Positions 38,787-52,012 of a stretch of 64,000 nt of DNA are shown here, in pieces. The notes under the pieces were generated by a model. That model was not told the DNA's origin. It searched no databases and saw nothing but the letters and a program-made list of their open reading frames with translations. Made by a program: the position numbers and the translations under genes. Each line of letters begins with the position of its first letter. The first letter of the stretch is position 1. Source of the stretch: Octopus bimaculoides (lineage: Eukaryota); the NCBI RefSeq assembly GCF_001194135.2, contig NC_068981.1:53303690-53367689 (forward strand), in the 5' to 3' direction.

Positions 38787-39724
38787 GATATATCTTATAT
38801 ATAATATTTGTATTTTTTTCATTTTTTAAATTTTGTCCAAGATCTTTCTAGTTTCAAATTAATTTATGTCAAGAATGAATAACTCATTTTACAGGAAACT
38901 ACTTTGAACTGTAATAGTACCAGTTGTAAAAAATTGTGCAAGACATTAGCACAACAATCAATATTGTTATAAGTTTGCACTCTGCTTTTATCTTTGTCAT
39001 CACAACTTGAGAAATATAAGCAAATTTTTGGGAAACTTACAAAAATAAAATTTCTAGAATAGGATGCTGTTGAGGATTTTGAGAAATGAAATTCTATCGG
39101 CCTTTTGGTATGCAATACAAATTTAAGACAGTTGCAAGTGATTTTCATTATCATCTTACATATGTGTATATCTCCAAAAATATAGAATATGAATATTGTA
39201 ATTTTACAAGGATGTCCAAGAATAGTTCTTTTTTCACTACTCTCTGTTGAGAATCGAATAAATGTGTGGAGGGTATTTAGGATGTTATAAAGTTTGTGTA
39301 ATTCATCTTTTGGTTTGTTACAGAAAACTTAAACAGTTGTTGAGAAAACATTTACATGTCACAATGGCATATTTGTTAGTTTTTGTTGAATGTTTTTTAT
39401 TTTTTATTTTCGTAGTATGACCTCTAGGAATTCCATTAAATTTTTAATTTGCATGAGAGAGTAACACTTTTTTTTTTTACCTGCGGCTATAGTATGATAC
39501 AGTGAATGGGAGCTTTTTGTTGCCATCCTTAACCACATCAGCAATGCAGTATTGTGGATAGAAGGGAGGGTGACTGATGGGAGGAAGAGAAAGACAGGTG
39601 ATAGGGAGATGGAAGGTATCAAAGTGAAAGCAAATGTAGATTTAATTTGGACTGTTAAGCCAGAATACTAAATGATGTCTTATAGCCTCCATATTACCAT
39701 CAGTTTTTAATGTTCATTTTGTAA

Positions 39725-41260
39725 TGCTTGCACAGTTGAGTTGGTCTTCTTCAGCACTAATCATCTTGGTCCTTTGTCATTTCCTCTGTGAGGTTCAGAT
39801 CCCGAGATCAGTTTTCACCACTCATTCCATGTTTTTCTGGTTTTCATACTTCCACAGGTTCCATCAACTTTGTGTACACCACACTTCTTTACAGTTGTCT
39901 GCCTCCATATGCATCACATACCTATCAGCACAGTTTTCTCTCTTGCACACTACATCTGATTTCCTTTATACTTAATTTTTTTTCAGCACATTTGTACTGT
40001 TATTCATTACACATCCAGTGAAGCATGCTAATTTCATTTCTTTCTAACCTGTGAAAATCCTCTGCATTTAAGGTCCATTTCACTATTCTATATAGCATTG
40101 CATTTCATACACAAGTATCACACAATCTCCCTTTCACTTTGAGACAGAAACTCTTTGTCACCAGTATAGGTTAAACAGCTTCTTGAACTTTACTCACTGC
40201 CACTGTTAATTATGTCACCTAGATAACTGAAACTATCAACTACTTTTAGAGAGCTTCCAGGCATTTAGATTCCTGTGTGCTCTTACTGTCTATCATTTAA
40301 TGTGCATTTACCATATACAAAGTCTACCTTCTCTATTAAACTGCTTGTAAAACCCATTACTCTTCTTGTGTGTCCATACTTTGTTGGATACACTGTATAG
40401 AATTCCTATTTGCTCCTTTTCTGCATGTCAAGCATAGCCATTTCCCTGGCAGTAGCAGGGTCCTGTCTTCTTTCCTACTTACTAATACTCAAGTCTTTGT
40501 TAAGTTTACTTTAAGGCTTCTTCATTCTAGGTTTTACAGAAAAAAAAAATGTAGCCGAATTGATAAAGGAGAGAATAAATTGTGGAATGTCTTAGATTCA
40601 GTTATAAGAATTAGACCTTTAGGATACAGGAGTTCCATAGCTGATCATAACCCCTCTTTTAGGGCTTCTATTTATGATGGGTGAGAACTAAGATCTGGTG
40701 AGCTCCTACTTGCATGCATAAGTTTTTAGTTGTCCTCATACTCTCACTTTGCTGAGAGTCAAAATGAGTACAGCTCTGTAATTCTTACCCAAATAACTCT
40801 GCAGTTGTCTCACTCAGAAGGTAATATCAGTAGTACCTATTCCTGGCACAAAGTTAAACAGTTTTTTTATCTCTGCTTATTCTCTTCCTAATCAATTCCT
40901 TTAATTTTGTTTCTGTAAACTTGATAACCTGGTTCAACATTTCTTTGCTCTTGTAGCAGTTGATGATGCTATGTCAATCATTAGGTGTGACATCTTCCTG
41001 TATCCATTGCTTGACAAGTGACTATCCCTGTGCCCTGTTCTGCCAGATACTTTAAGTATTTCAAGAACTATTCTTAGACCAGTTGCCTTCACTACCTCCA
41101 TATCCTTAATTGCTTTATCTATCATATTGCTGTCAACTTGATTGGCTGGTCTCTGTTGGGTCAAATTGCCTAGCAGTCTGAAAGATTTCACACCTCTGAT
41201 CCTCAGGTCTCTTTCAGCCTCTCTTCTTGTTCAATGTATCTGACAACTATCTCTTATTTT
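39725..41260 (-). mobile_element. Older RTE LINE remnant (pre-RT, zinc-finger insert and C-terminus) with an internal deletion or insertion
   Basis: DSNMIDKAIKDMEVVKATG near 41140-41080. A Cys-rich segment and VDSFSYLG-like motif lie at ~40450-40215. LERNEISMLHWMC and LNLTEEMTKD lie at ~40060-39770. Confidence 0.8.
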
Positions 41261-42065
41261 ACTTCGCTGTCCAATTTCTTAGCTTTTATGACTTGGAAAG
41301 GGATTATTCATTAGATGAAAAAATGTTGAAAGATAGCAGCACACATACATATGAAATTATAGGCAGGCCCAGCTTATTTTGAGAGGAGATAGTTGATTAG
41401 TTCCACCCCACTGTAAGTTAGGTTTCATACTTGTAAGGTCTGCTTGAGTATAGTCTTATCTATTGTCAATAAATCACAATGCTTGATACTGTTCAAAAAT
41501 TTATAAATGTTGAATTTTTCACAGGGTATAATCAAATGAGCGAAGCAATTGGATAGATTTCAAATGTAATTTCAGATGAAAAATTATATATTTTCTTAAA
41601 AAATCAATATCATTAAGTCTTTAAAAATAAACTTTTTTGTTTCATAGTCTTACAAGTTTGTCAATTTTGCTGCTTCTTGTTATCTTGAAATCAGTCTGCA
41701 AAAAGTACTCTTTTATTTTATGCTAAATATTTTAAACATTTTATATATTTTCAATCCTTTTCATTTACATTTGGGATCATATCAGTATTTTTGATGTCTT
41801 AGAAATATCATACAAGCTGAATGGTTGAATGAGTGTAGAAAAATATGTTGAACTAGTTTGTTTTTATTCCTTGGGTATCAACTGAGAAGCAGTTTAGTTC
41901 TCACACAATATGCTTACTTACTGTTCTTGCTCCATTTAAGTATTTTTTGCAAAACAAGAAAATATATTGTTTGAATGATTATAATTTTCTGTTCAGGCAG
42001 TTTTTACTTACTTTAAGGCAGAGCCAATGTTTTTAAATGGAACATAAAAACATAAAATACAGATT

Positions 42066-42228
42066 GGAGCAGGCATGACTGTGGGTGAGATGTTTGCTTC
42101 TTTATCCAAAATGGTTTTGAATTCAGTCCAACTGTGTGGCACGTTGAACAAATGTTTTTTTTCTATAGCCCTGGGCTGCCCAAAGCCTTGTGAGTGGATT
42201 TGATTGATGAAAACTGAAAGAGGCTTGT

Positions 42229-42295
<67 letters not shown>

Positions 42296-42525
42296 GTCTC
42301 CGTCTCCTGCCTTGACTTCATGCAGTAGTGTTTTTCATCATGCAGACAGTGTTTTTCATTTCCAATCTTCTGAGAAAATGCCTTCTCATGGGGGAATATT
42401 ACCTTACTTGAAAATGGGTGAGAGTTGGTGACAAGAGCAGCATCTTGTCAAAGAAAATCCACCTCAACAAATTTCATTTGACCTATGTGAGCATGGAAAA
42501 GTGGATATTAAAATGATGGTGATGA
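42066..42525 (+). mobile_element. SINE with internal (GT)n and RTE-type tail
   Basis: Same architecture as 10858-11255. Confidence 0.85.
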
Positions 42526-43704
42526 TAGAAGCTAATTCTTACTGTTCTCTCAGTTTTAGAATGATCTGTTCTCTATGTTGTATGATATGGTTATCTACAT
42601 TTTGAGATTAACTTGGGTGTAGGTGTAACTTCTTGAGATTAAGAGGTTTGTTTTGCTGTCATGTGATTTTAGTGTCTTCTACAATTGGCTTGGGTTTACC
42701 AGTGACTTGTGAGTGGAAGTTTGCAGATGGAAACTGTTTGAAGACCTGTCATTTCAGTGCTGTGAATTCTTGTCATTTTCACTGTCAGAAATTCATTGTG
42801 TGTATGTGTGATTAAGAGTGAGTTTGTGCAAGAGTGAGTGAAGGAGGGAGTGGGTGAGTGAGTGAGGGAGGGAGTGAGTGAGTGAGTGAGAGAGATTGTG
42901 GGATGTTTATGAGTATAATTGATGAGTTGGAGCCTTATGAAAGTAGAGTAGAATTAAATATATGAGATAAGTTGCTGTTAGTAAGATTATAATTTTCTGG
43001 GCTATTAACATTATCGTTAAAGCAAATATTTACAATATGTATATCTACACTGATCTATATATTGGTTGGATCTTTGATTGTCCTCAGCTTACTCTTGGAT
43101 AAGCACGTTGGGCTAAACTGGATTCAAACTACAAAACTAAGTGCCATTAGTTTTTAAAAACAAAAAGTCCCTAGTTTGAATCAAGTTTGGGATGATATAC
43201 AAACCTAGGAATATGACATCTGAAGAGAATCAGAGATCAAAACTTCATGCAAATTATATTGTAAATATAAAGCTAAAGATAAGGTTAAATCTATACAATT
43301 GTAATCATGATGTGCTTGCAGGAACTGTACAACCTGAAATAAGAAGCATTTGATGACGGTGATCTTAAACAAATTATTAATTAGTCTGAGGATGAACAAT
43401 GTCCATAGGTTCTCTTAAGTTCCCTTAGATTGAAAAAGGGTGAGTGGGGAAGATTTATTCAACTATCTAGTTTGAGTTCCTGAAGATAAGTTGCGGAGTA
43501 GAAAACAGAAAATGGGAAATTCTGGAAGAAAGAAGCAGTCAGGTAATGGAGAGCAGGCATAACCATTAGAGGTAGTATACAATAACTAGTTTAGTAGAGC
43601 AGAAGGTGAAGTTATACAGAGAGAGAATATTGTTTTTAATGACTTTAAAACTATTGTGATGTTTGACAAAATCTCAGTACTAATATATCCTTGATAATCT
43701 TATA

Positions 43705-43865
43705 GGCATAGGCATGGCTGTGTAGTAAGAAATTTGCTTCCCAACCACATGGTTCTATGTTCAGTCCCACTGTGTGGCACCTTGGGCAAGTGTCTTTTAC
43801 TGTAGCCTCAGGCTGACCAAAATCTTGTGTGTGAATTTGGTAGATGGAAACTGAAAGAAGCCCAT

Positions 43866-43919
<54 letters not shown>

Positions 43920-44007
43920 GTATTTATTTATGTATGTGTCTTTGTGTCTGCATTTGTCCCCCATTACTGCTTGACAACCAGTGATGGTGTTTACATCCCC
44001 ATTACTT
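43705..44007 (+). mobile_element. SINE, main family, cut by a 10-N gap
   Basis: ggcataggcatggctgtgtagtaag...gggcaagtgtcttttactgtagcctcaggctgaccaaa...ggtagatggaaactgaaagaagccc. Confidence 0.88.
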
Positions 44008-44229
44008 NNNNNNNNNNAAAGACTTAACTAGCTCTAATTTGGTAGGTGAAATTCTAAATATTTTTGTTGTGTAAATCTCTTTTGCAAATGTCAGTTTTGA
44101 GAGTGGTCAATGTTTATTGAGGAGTGTGTTTTTAAAACGAGAAATTTCTATTATTGATAGTGTTAATCTCTTCTGATATTTTCTAATACAATACTATGAT
44201 ATTATGGAAAAGAAATCTGTAAAGTGTAT

Positions 44230-46020
44230 ATTTTGAAATAATTATTTTCTTGAATTATGATAAATGATAGTTTAAAAACTTTACCTGTTTTTAATCAGTT
44301 CAGAAACCTGTTATAAGAGAATATAATAAATCTCTCACTCGTCAAAAGTTTTATGTTATTGGAAATTATTAAAGTTGCGTGAATATTCATCTTCATTATT
44401 TAATGCTTGTCCTTTTTCATGCAATGAGTTAAGCAGTATATTTCTAATCTCTAGTTTATTTTTTTTGTATTCACTATTCCATATTTCCTTATTTTCACTA
44501 TTACTGAAAGTAAATACATCTAAATCATTCATTACAAACATGTTTCTCTCCAGCGACTTTTTGATTTGTACTAACAGATTTAGTTTATCTCTCATCTTCC
44601 TAATGTAGAGCATTAATGAAATTCAGCCTCTTCAGTGAGGTTTAGTGTATTCAGATTACCATTTCTCAGGGCATCTTATGTTTACTTATACAATTGTTAC
44701 CACCCTTTGTCATTTTGTACTTTTCCCTTGAGTATGTATCAACAATTTGCATTATATGTTCCATCTTAATACTAGACAATTTTCTCTGTTCCCTGGCATT
44801 TAGTTTTATTTATGTAAATTGACATTGAAGATATATTGGACTGTATTTTCTTTTCTTATCATTGATGGCAGATCTGATGCAACCACCTGATATGTTTTAT
44901 TGCCAAACTACTTTATAGACCTTATGCATACATCATAACGATTGCCTTTTGCATAGTGAATGGAAACATTTTCACAGCAGTGGAATTGACCTTCTTCAAT
45001 TCCATTCTTGTCTTAGTTATATACTTACATTTGAACCAACATTTAAAAAATAAATAATGAAGATATTTACACCTTTTAGAACACTTTTCATTTCAAGATT
45101 ACTCTTACTGCTACTAGCATTCAATGTACCCCATGTGTCCTGCCTCATGTCTATCTGTAAACAACTTCCCTACAGCTATTGAGTATTCATTGCTTGTACA
45201 GAATACACAGTACTGACCTCATACATTGTCATATTTTGTGCAAAGCTATTTTCCAGTTGGTGTTGTGATTTTGTGCTCTTCATTACTCCCTAATATTTTG
45301 GTTGTTGACAGTACCTTTTTTTTTTTTTTTAATCTTTTTAGACATTTTAGAACTCTACCGCATTTCAACATTTGAATTTTTTTTCTAGCTGTCAGATTTT
45401 GTAAAGACTATCAACATATAAAAGTTCTCAGCTCCAGATAGTCCAGATCTCTTGAGTAAATCGCCTCAAAAACTGTTATGAGAACAGTAGAAATTATTCT
45501 TAGACTTCATTCTTAACCCGAATGCTTGTAACAAAATGGACTCAGCTAAAGATACCTAAAGACCAGGGGCTAGTATTTGGCTGGGGGACAGATTAAGTTC
45601 AGCAAACTTTTATAATGACTCTACCTTACTTTATTTTTCACTGTTACTGAGAACAAATACATCTGCATCATTTGTTACAAACATGTTTCTCTCTAGTGAC
45701 TTCTTGATTCTTTTTAAAAGACCATTAGTAAAGATCATTAAGTACTCCTCTTGCATACTATATTCCTCACTCTAATTTATGATTCTATTTGTAGCATTCT
45801 CATACAAATTTTTGTGCTCATGAGCAATTCATTTACAACTTGTTTTCTCAGTTTCACCAGACTGCTGTGTAGAACCTTTCCTAGGGGCTTCTCTAGGTTC
45901 TAAGCCTTTACCAGCATGCATTTTCCCAGGAATATAACATTTTTAGTTTCAATTTCACATTCTGGTACAAACCCAAACAAATGGTATCATATCAGCTTAT
46001 CCTTAAAATATTTTAACTTC

Positions 46021-46075
<55 letters not shown>

Positions 46076-46950
46076 TTAACTATAAATTCAACCCTTTATA
46101 ACTTATCAACGAGTAAGCTTTTCTTTTGATTTTGATAAAGTGACATGTTTTACTTGCCAGTCGTTAGGAATTACACCTTTCTTCATTGCTTGATTAAGCA
46201 ATTAGTGTAGTACTGACCTGCTCTTGATGTTGTGACTATCCCTGAGAAGTTTGTATATTTCTCTAAGCCTTAATTTCTTCATAATCATACTAGTATCAAC
46301 ATCTAGTTCCCTATTAACTACACTTGAAATTCTTCCTCCCTCTTTCTCATATATTTCTTATTCAGCTACTTTTTTCCTCATTTCAATTAAAGGAAGATAG
46401 GCAGAATTGACAGCCCTTTTCAGGGTGGGAGGAAGTTATTTTCAAACTGGATTCCTGGCCTGAATGCTTGCAACAGAATGGATTCTGTCAGGAACCTGAT
46501 GGTGGCTTTAAACTAGGTACCTGATTAAGTCTACCAACCTTTTGTATTGACAGTTCCATATTTCGTTATTTTCACTATTATTGCAAGTAAAGACATCTAA
46601 ACCATTTGTTACAAACATGTTTCTCTCTAGCGATTTCTTGATTTGTATTAATGGATTTAGAATTTGTCACCCATCCTCCTGATGTAGAGCATTATAAAAC
46701 TCAAAATCTCTGCCAGCTTACAGGCTAAGTAAATCTCATGCCAAGCTTCCTGCTTAGAAAATTGCCTTTTAGGAATATCAGCTGTCCTTTACCCATGTCT
46801 CCCCAATTATAAATGAAAATTGTACCTAACAAAAATATTTTTCAACTTCACTACTCCTTTTCTCTTAACCTTCTTAGTTTTCATTTCAAATTTTACCTGT
46901 AGAAATATGTTGGTGAGAACACTTGAAATATAGACATGAAAGGGTGTTTT
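44230..46950 (-). pseudogene. Decayed tandem AIG1/GIMAP-like GTPase units (about 3 copies)
   Basis: Three diverged direct copies of a block translating IKKSLERNMFV(T/M)N..DVF (~44480-44612, 45630-45710, 46555-46690). Also NVIFL(fs)GKMHAGK (~45942-45907), RRFTQE (~45465-45451) and YMLIVFTKSD (45420-45391). Many stops and frameshifts. Confidence 0.55.
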
Positions 46951-47029
46951 TTTTAATACTTAGTAATTTAATCAATGTTTTTTTTTGTCAAGTAATTTAT
47001 TTATGTTAAAGCCAATTTAGCTCTACATA

Positions 47030-47352
47030 GGTGCAGGCATGGCTGTGTGGTAAGCAGCTTGCTTCCTAACCACACCACATATTTGCAGGTTCAGTCCCAC
47101 TGGATGGCACCTTGAGCAAATATCTTTTAGTATAGCCTCAGATTGACCAGAGCTATGTGAGTGGATTTGGTAGATGGAAACTGAAAGAAGCCTTTGTGTG
47201 TGTTTGTCCCCCATCACTGCTTGACAACTGGTGTTGGTGTGTTTATATCCCTGTGACTTAGCAGTTCTGCAAAAGAACTGATTGAATAACTATCCAGCTT
47301 TAAAAAAAAATGAGTACTGGGGACAATTCATTCAACTAAAAATTCTTCAAGG
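47030..47352 (+). mobile_element. SINE, main family
   Basis: ggtgcaggcatggctgtgtggtaag head through ttcaactaaaaattcttcaagg. Confidence 0.88.
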
Positions 47353-49658
47353 CATGAAAGAAGTGTAATATTGGGGGATACAAGGTAGTGAAAGGAAAAA
47401 TAATGAAAGAAGGGACAAGTGATGTTTGTCATGAAGACTAAAGTGATCTATGGCAATAAAGATTGATAGAGAGCAATCTGAGAGAGAATGAGGATTTAAG
47501 GATGGCTGTAGAGATGGGCAATGGTAAGAGAGTGACATATATCATTGAAAGATAAGAAAGAATGGTGGCTTATAGTAAAGAAGTATAATTATAAGGGATG
47601 TTAAATACGAACAGTTCCAATGCCATCTCTTGTTATGCTAAAGGGAATTCACTGAATAAGTTTCAGTGTTTAATGCTTACATTTTTAATTAATTTCTCAT
47701 CTCTATTCTTTTCTCAGTACTTTTTTATAATTAAAAACTGACTTTACTATGAAGCCATGATCAACAGCTAATGCAGATCCATTCATACTATAACAGTGAG
47801 ACCACATTAAAAAAAATATTTATATAACCTATTTCTACACTTTGCTAAAAGATTGTGTAATCTTGTTATAAGGTTCAGTTTGAAAAGCCTTGAAACAAAA
47901 GATATAAGTTTAGCATGTCTGTTACATTGACGAAAAAACAGTTTTTAAATTACTTCAGTGATTTTTTATTGGATCTTTTGTTTGGTTTAGAGGAATGGGC
48001 TATATACTATATCAATTTTCTTCCAATTTATTGAATAAAAAATATTTATAATGAAAATTCATGTCAGCAATAGTAATATTTTAAGAAGGATCAGAAGAGA
48101 AATCTTGCATTTTCCACATTTTTCTCTTTTGATAAGCTATAAAAGAAAATAAGAGAGAGAGAGAAAGCCTTGTAGCTAACTATAATTAGCTGTTTGTCAT
48201 GCCTTGAATTTCATTGAAGCAATTTCAATTATGTCTTTTGCAACTTTGAGATGGTTTTATTTTGCTTCAGCTGTTTATTTCTTTTTGTTTTTGTTTGTGA
48301 TGCAGTAATTAAACTTACATAAATGTTAGTCTGCTACATGAGGATTTTCTTATAAGTAAACAGATTAAGCTACTGCAATGACTGTTACTACATTTTCAGA
48401 TTAGATTAGATGAAAAATTACATATTGAATTAAATCTAATGATTTATGTTTATCACTTGCATTGTAATGATTCAACTAATGAGGAACCATTAAACACTAT
48501 AGCACTGACATTTTTTTCTTTTTCTCGTTTTATTTTATTGTCCTAAGGTGTCTAAAATGTACTAGTCTGTCTAAGATTTCTGATATTCAGGACTTGGGAG
48601 TTACTTGTCTCTTTGGAAAGGATGCCAGTCTAAATATATATTCATCTAAGCCAAGCTTGCATGGCTTAGATGAATGTATTATTGCAGCATTGTTTTACAG
48701 CCAGATGCTCTTCCTGTCACTAACCCTCACCTTCTTTCAAGTAAGAGGTCTTTTAATCCACCTCCTCAAAAGTACAAAGCCAGCAGATTTGTTGAGAAGG
48801 AAGACATCACTGTTTGCAACTTGGTGATTTTTCGAGAAGCATAAATGTAAACAATCTGATGCACATGTACACACACATGAACACACACATGAACACACAC
48901 ACACACTCTACCTATCTACCTGCCTACCTAGCTATATGTCTGTTGCCTATCCATCCATCCATACATAATCCATGCACAAAAATGATAATCTCCTTGTCTA
49001 TCAAACAACAAACACTGTGGAGGACATTGTACAAATGAATGTTTTGTTTACTAAGATTGCACAACATATCAAGGTGTGTTAAGAAACCTGGACATGCTTT
49101 TGCAGTGGACTGTAAGCAAACAATTCTATCAGTGAAGCAGTTCTTTACAATCAGGAAACAAGTGAAGCTGACAGAAATATGAAGATGACAGAAATAGGAA
49201 CTCTCTCTCTCTCTTTCTCTCTCACATACATATTTGATAGGCTTCTCCGTTCCCACTACCAAATCCCCTCAAAGATTTGGTCAGTTGGGGGTTACATCAG
49301 AAGATTTCTTAACCACACAGCGATGGTTGTGACTATATCTTTTTACATACACTACTTAGCAGTATGACCTTAAAAAAATGTAAATGTTTCAATATATATT
49401 GTATCTAATTTGAGTTGAGGTTGGCTGAGCAAAAAATAAAAATGGAAAATACATACACGTGTATATAGGTCAAAAGTAAAGAAAGAAAAAATAATGAATA
49501 TCAATAGGTAGAATGTCATTGACAAGGTCAGTGACTTCTACAAAAGAAAATCAAATTTATGGAAAATAATGAAAAGAACAATACCTCTGTGTGTGTAAAA
49601 TTGGTGTCTATTTTTGAAACCTCATGTAAGATGCAGAAACTAAAGGAAAGAAACATAT

Positions 49659-50020
49659 TTTCTTTTATCTTTTACTTGTTTCAGTCATTAGACTGTGGCC
49701 ATGCTGGGACACTACCTAGAAGAATTTTAGTCAACTGAATCAACTCCAGTACTTATTTTTTAAACCGGATACTTATTTTATAGGCCACTTTTGCCAAACT
49801 GCTAACTTACAGGGATGTAAGCACACCAACAGTTGTCAGGTAGTTATGGGACAAACATGCACAAGTTTCTTTCAGTTTCCATCTACCAAATTCACTCACA
49901 AGGTTTTTGTTGGTCCAAGGCTATAGTAGAAGACACTTCTAGGTGCCACACAAGGTGCCACACAGTGGGACTGAACCCAGAACCATACAGTTGGGAAGCA
50001 AACCTCTTACCAAACAACCA
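49659..50020 (-). mobile_element. SINE, main family, reverse orientation
   Basis: Reverse complement of the tail (cttttacttgtttcagtcattagactgtggccatgctgg), core and head (gtgggactgaaccc...gggaagcaaac). Confidence 0.88.
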
Positions 50021-51811
50021 TTGAAAATATTTTCAATATATTGACAACTAGCTTAAAAGCTGCGCTCCGTGTGGTCTTTTCAGGTAGCTCCTACATCGTG
50101 CAGCGCCGTACCCTGCAGCCCAAAACTAAATAGATTACAATACATCTAAAATGACTATATGCCCCAGTGGTGTTTGATCGGAAATTAAGGACGGATGAGG
50201 ATTAATTCTGTAATGCAATCATTCTGTTGTTCCAGTCCCAAGTTGAATTCCAACTGTTGGCCAATTTGTCCCAAAGTTCTTACCTTGATGTCAAATTAAC
50301 AAAGCGAATGTCATTTATCTCCTCCTTGATCTCTGATGTCATCTAACAAATGCCAACCAAGATGGTGTGAATTAGCCAAGCTTTACCTGCTAGAAGTAGC
50401 AACCCAAATGCTTTTAAATCAGATCCCAATACAGGATGTTCAAGAACCAAATGAAGGGCAGATTCAAGTATTAAGAAAATAAAGTTAATATTATTCCATC
50501 AAATTAGGTTGAAAGAAGATTAATTTGAGAACACTCTTAACAATCTAAGGGATGAAAGAGAATACAGAAGATACTAAAAATGATGTGTGAGCAAAATAAG
50601 TACCTTTGAAAGTTGTGGCAGGATGATACCTAAGGACATAATATTAATATGTTAGCCAGTTAGCCAGTTTCTATCAAACTGTCCAACCCATGATGGCATG
50701 GAAAACAGACGTTAAACAATGATGGTGAGATATATCTGCAAGTTACAATAAAGCTACATTATCTTCAGTGTTACACATATCAAAAGTCAATGATTGTAAA
50801 AAATAAAGGTACAAACAAAATGTAAGAAGAGAAATGCAATTACATCATGGATTAGTCATTTTAGCAATTTAAAAACACAATTAAGCTGTTAAATTGACAT
50901 GTTTGTTTCTTGAGGTGCCAAAATCTTTGTTTTAAAGCTATCACCTGGTCAATGATAATTTTTCTACATCTTGAAATTTAGTTAGTGGTAAACTATCAGG
51001 TGTTTTTTTTCTCCTTGGTTTAACTTAGGGGTCTATTCTGTTCATATTGATTGACCTTGACTACTTGAAATTATTGTTTCTGCCAGGCACTTTTTCAGTT
51101 TACGATTTTGTATATATCTCATTGCCATCAACCCAATCCTACACACACACACACACACACGAGTCAAGGAATGGAGTAGATACCTGGCAGCCTTGGTTGC
51201 CTACTGTGAAACATAAAAGGAATTTTTTGCAGTTTATCAGATTCCCATTACAAAAGTATTCATATGATCCTTTATAGCCTACTGCAAAGTTTGTGAATGA
51301 CATGTCATTATTACTATTTCATTCTTATAAGACCAGGAAGGTCTTGAAACATTAATAGACTAATGGATTTAGGAACACTTTTATTACAAACTAAACAATG
51401 AATGAGGAAATATGAAAAATCTGATATCTTTATCTATAGGTAGTAATGTTTATGTCTGTCTTGAAATAGCATTACCATTTCTCAATGAAACTTTATCAAA
51501 TTTTTGTAAGATCCCTATGCAACCCAGAGTAATGTGTGACCTAAGAAAATTTTGGGCACTTGGGATAAAAGTGGATGAGTTAACAAAAGAAATTATTAGT
51601 TGTAATTGATTGCTGGGGAGAGAGAGATAGTTGTAGCAGTGATAGCTGAGTAGGTGTTTTAGTATGAAATGCAGAAATGTCAGTTTATCTGGTCAAGCTC
51701 TTGTTTTCTCTTAGTCTTTCATTAAACTCTTTCACTTACACTCATTTTTGTCACATCATACAGTATATATGATGTATATATAATGTGTGTGTGTGTGTGT
51801 GTATAGATATA

Positions 51812-51848
<37 letters not shown>

Positions 51849-51849
51849 C

Positions 51850-52012
51850 ATGGATATGTTAAGTTTGCTTCCCAACTTCATGGTTTCAGGTCTGGTCCCA
51901 CTTCATGGCACTTTAGGAAAGTGTCTTCTACTATAGACCCAGACTGACCCAAGACTTGTGAGTGGATTTGGCAGATGGAAACTGAAAGAAGCCTATCTTG
52001 TGTGTGTGTGTC
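51850..52012 (+). mobile_element. SINE head and core, 3'-truncated
   Basis: gtttgcttcccaac...ggtttcagg...gtgtcttctactatag...gtgagtggatttggcagatggaaactgaaagaagcct. Confidence 0.8.

Noticed and set aside
43205-43399. Minus-strand ORF with an acceptor-like tttcag (VVQFLQAHHDYNC...)
   Set aside because: No partner exons, no recognisable homology, and it ends in a stop.
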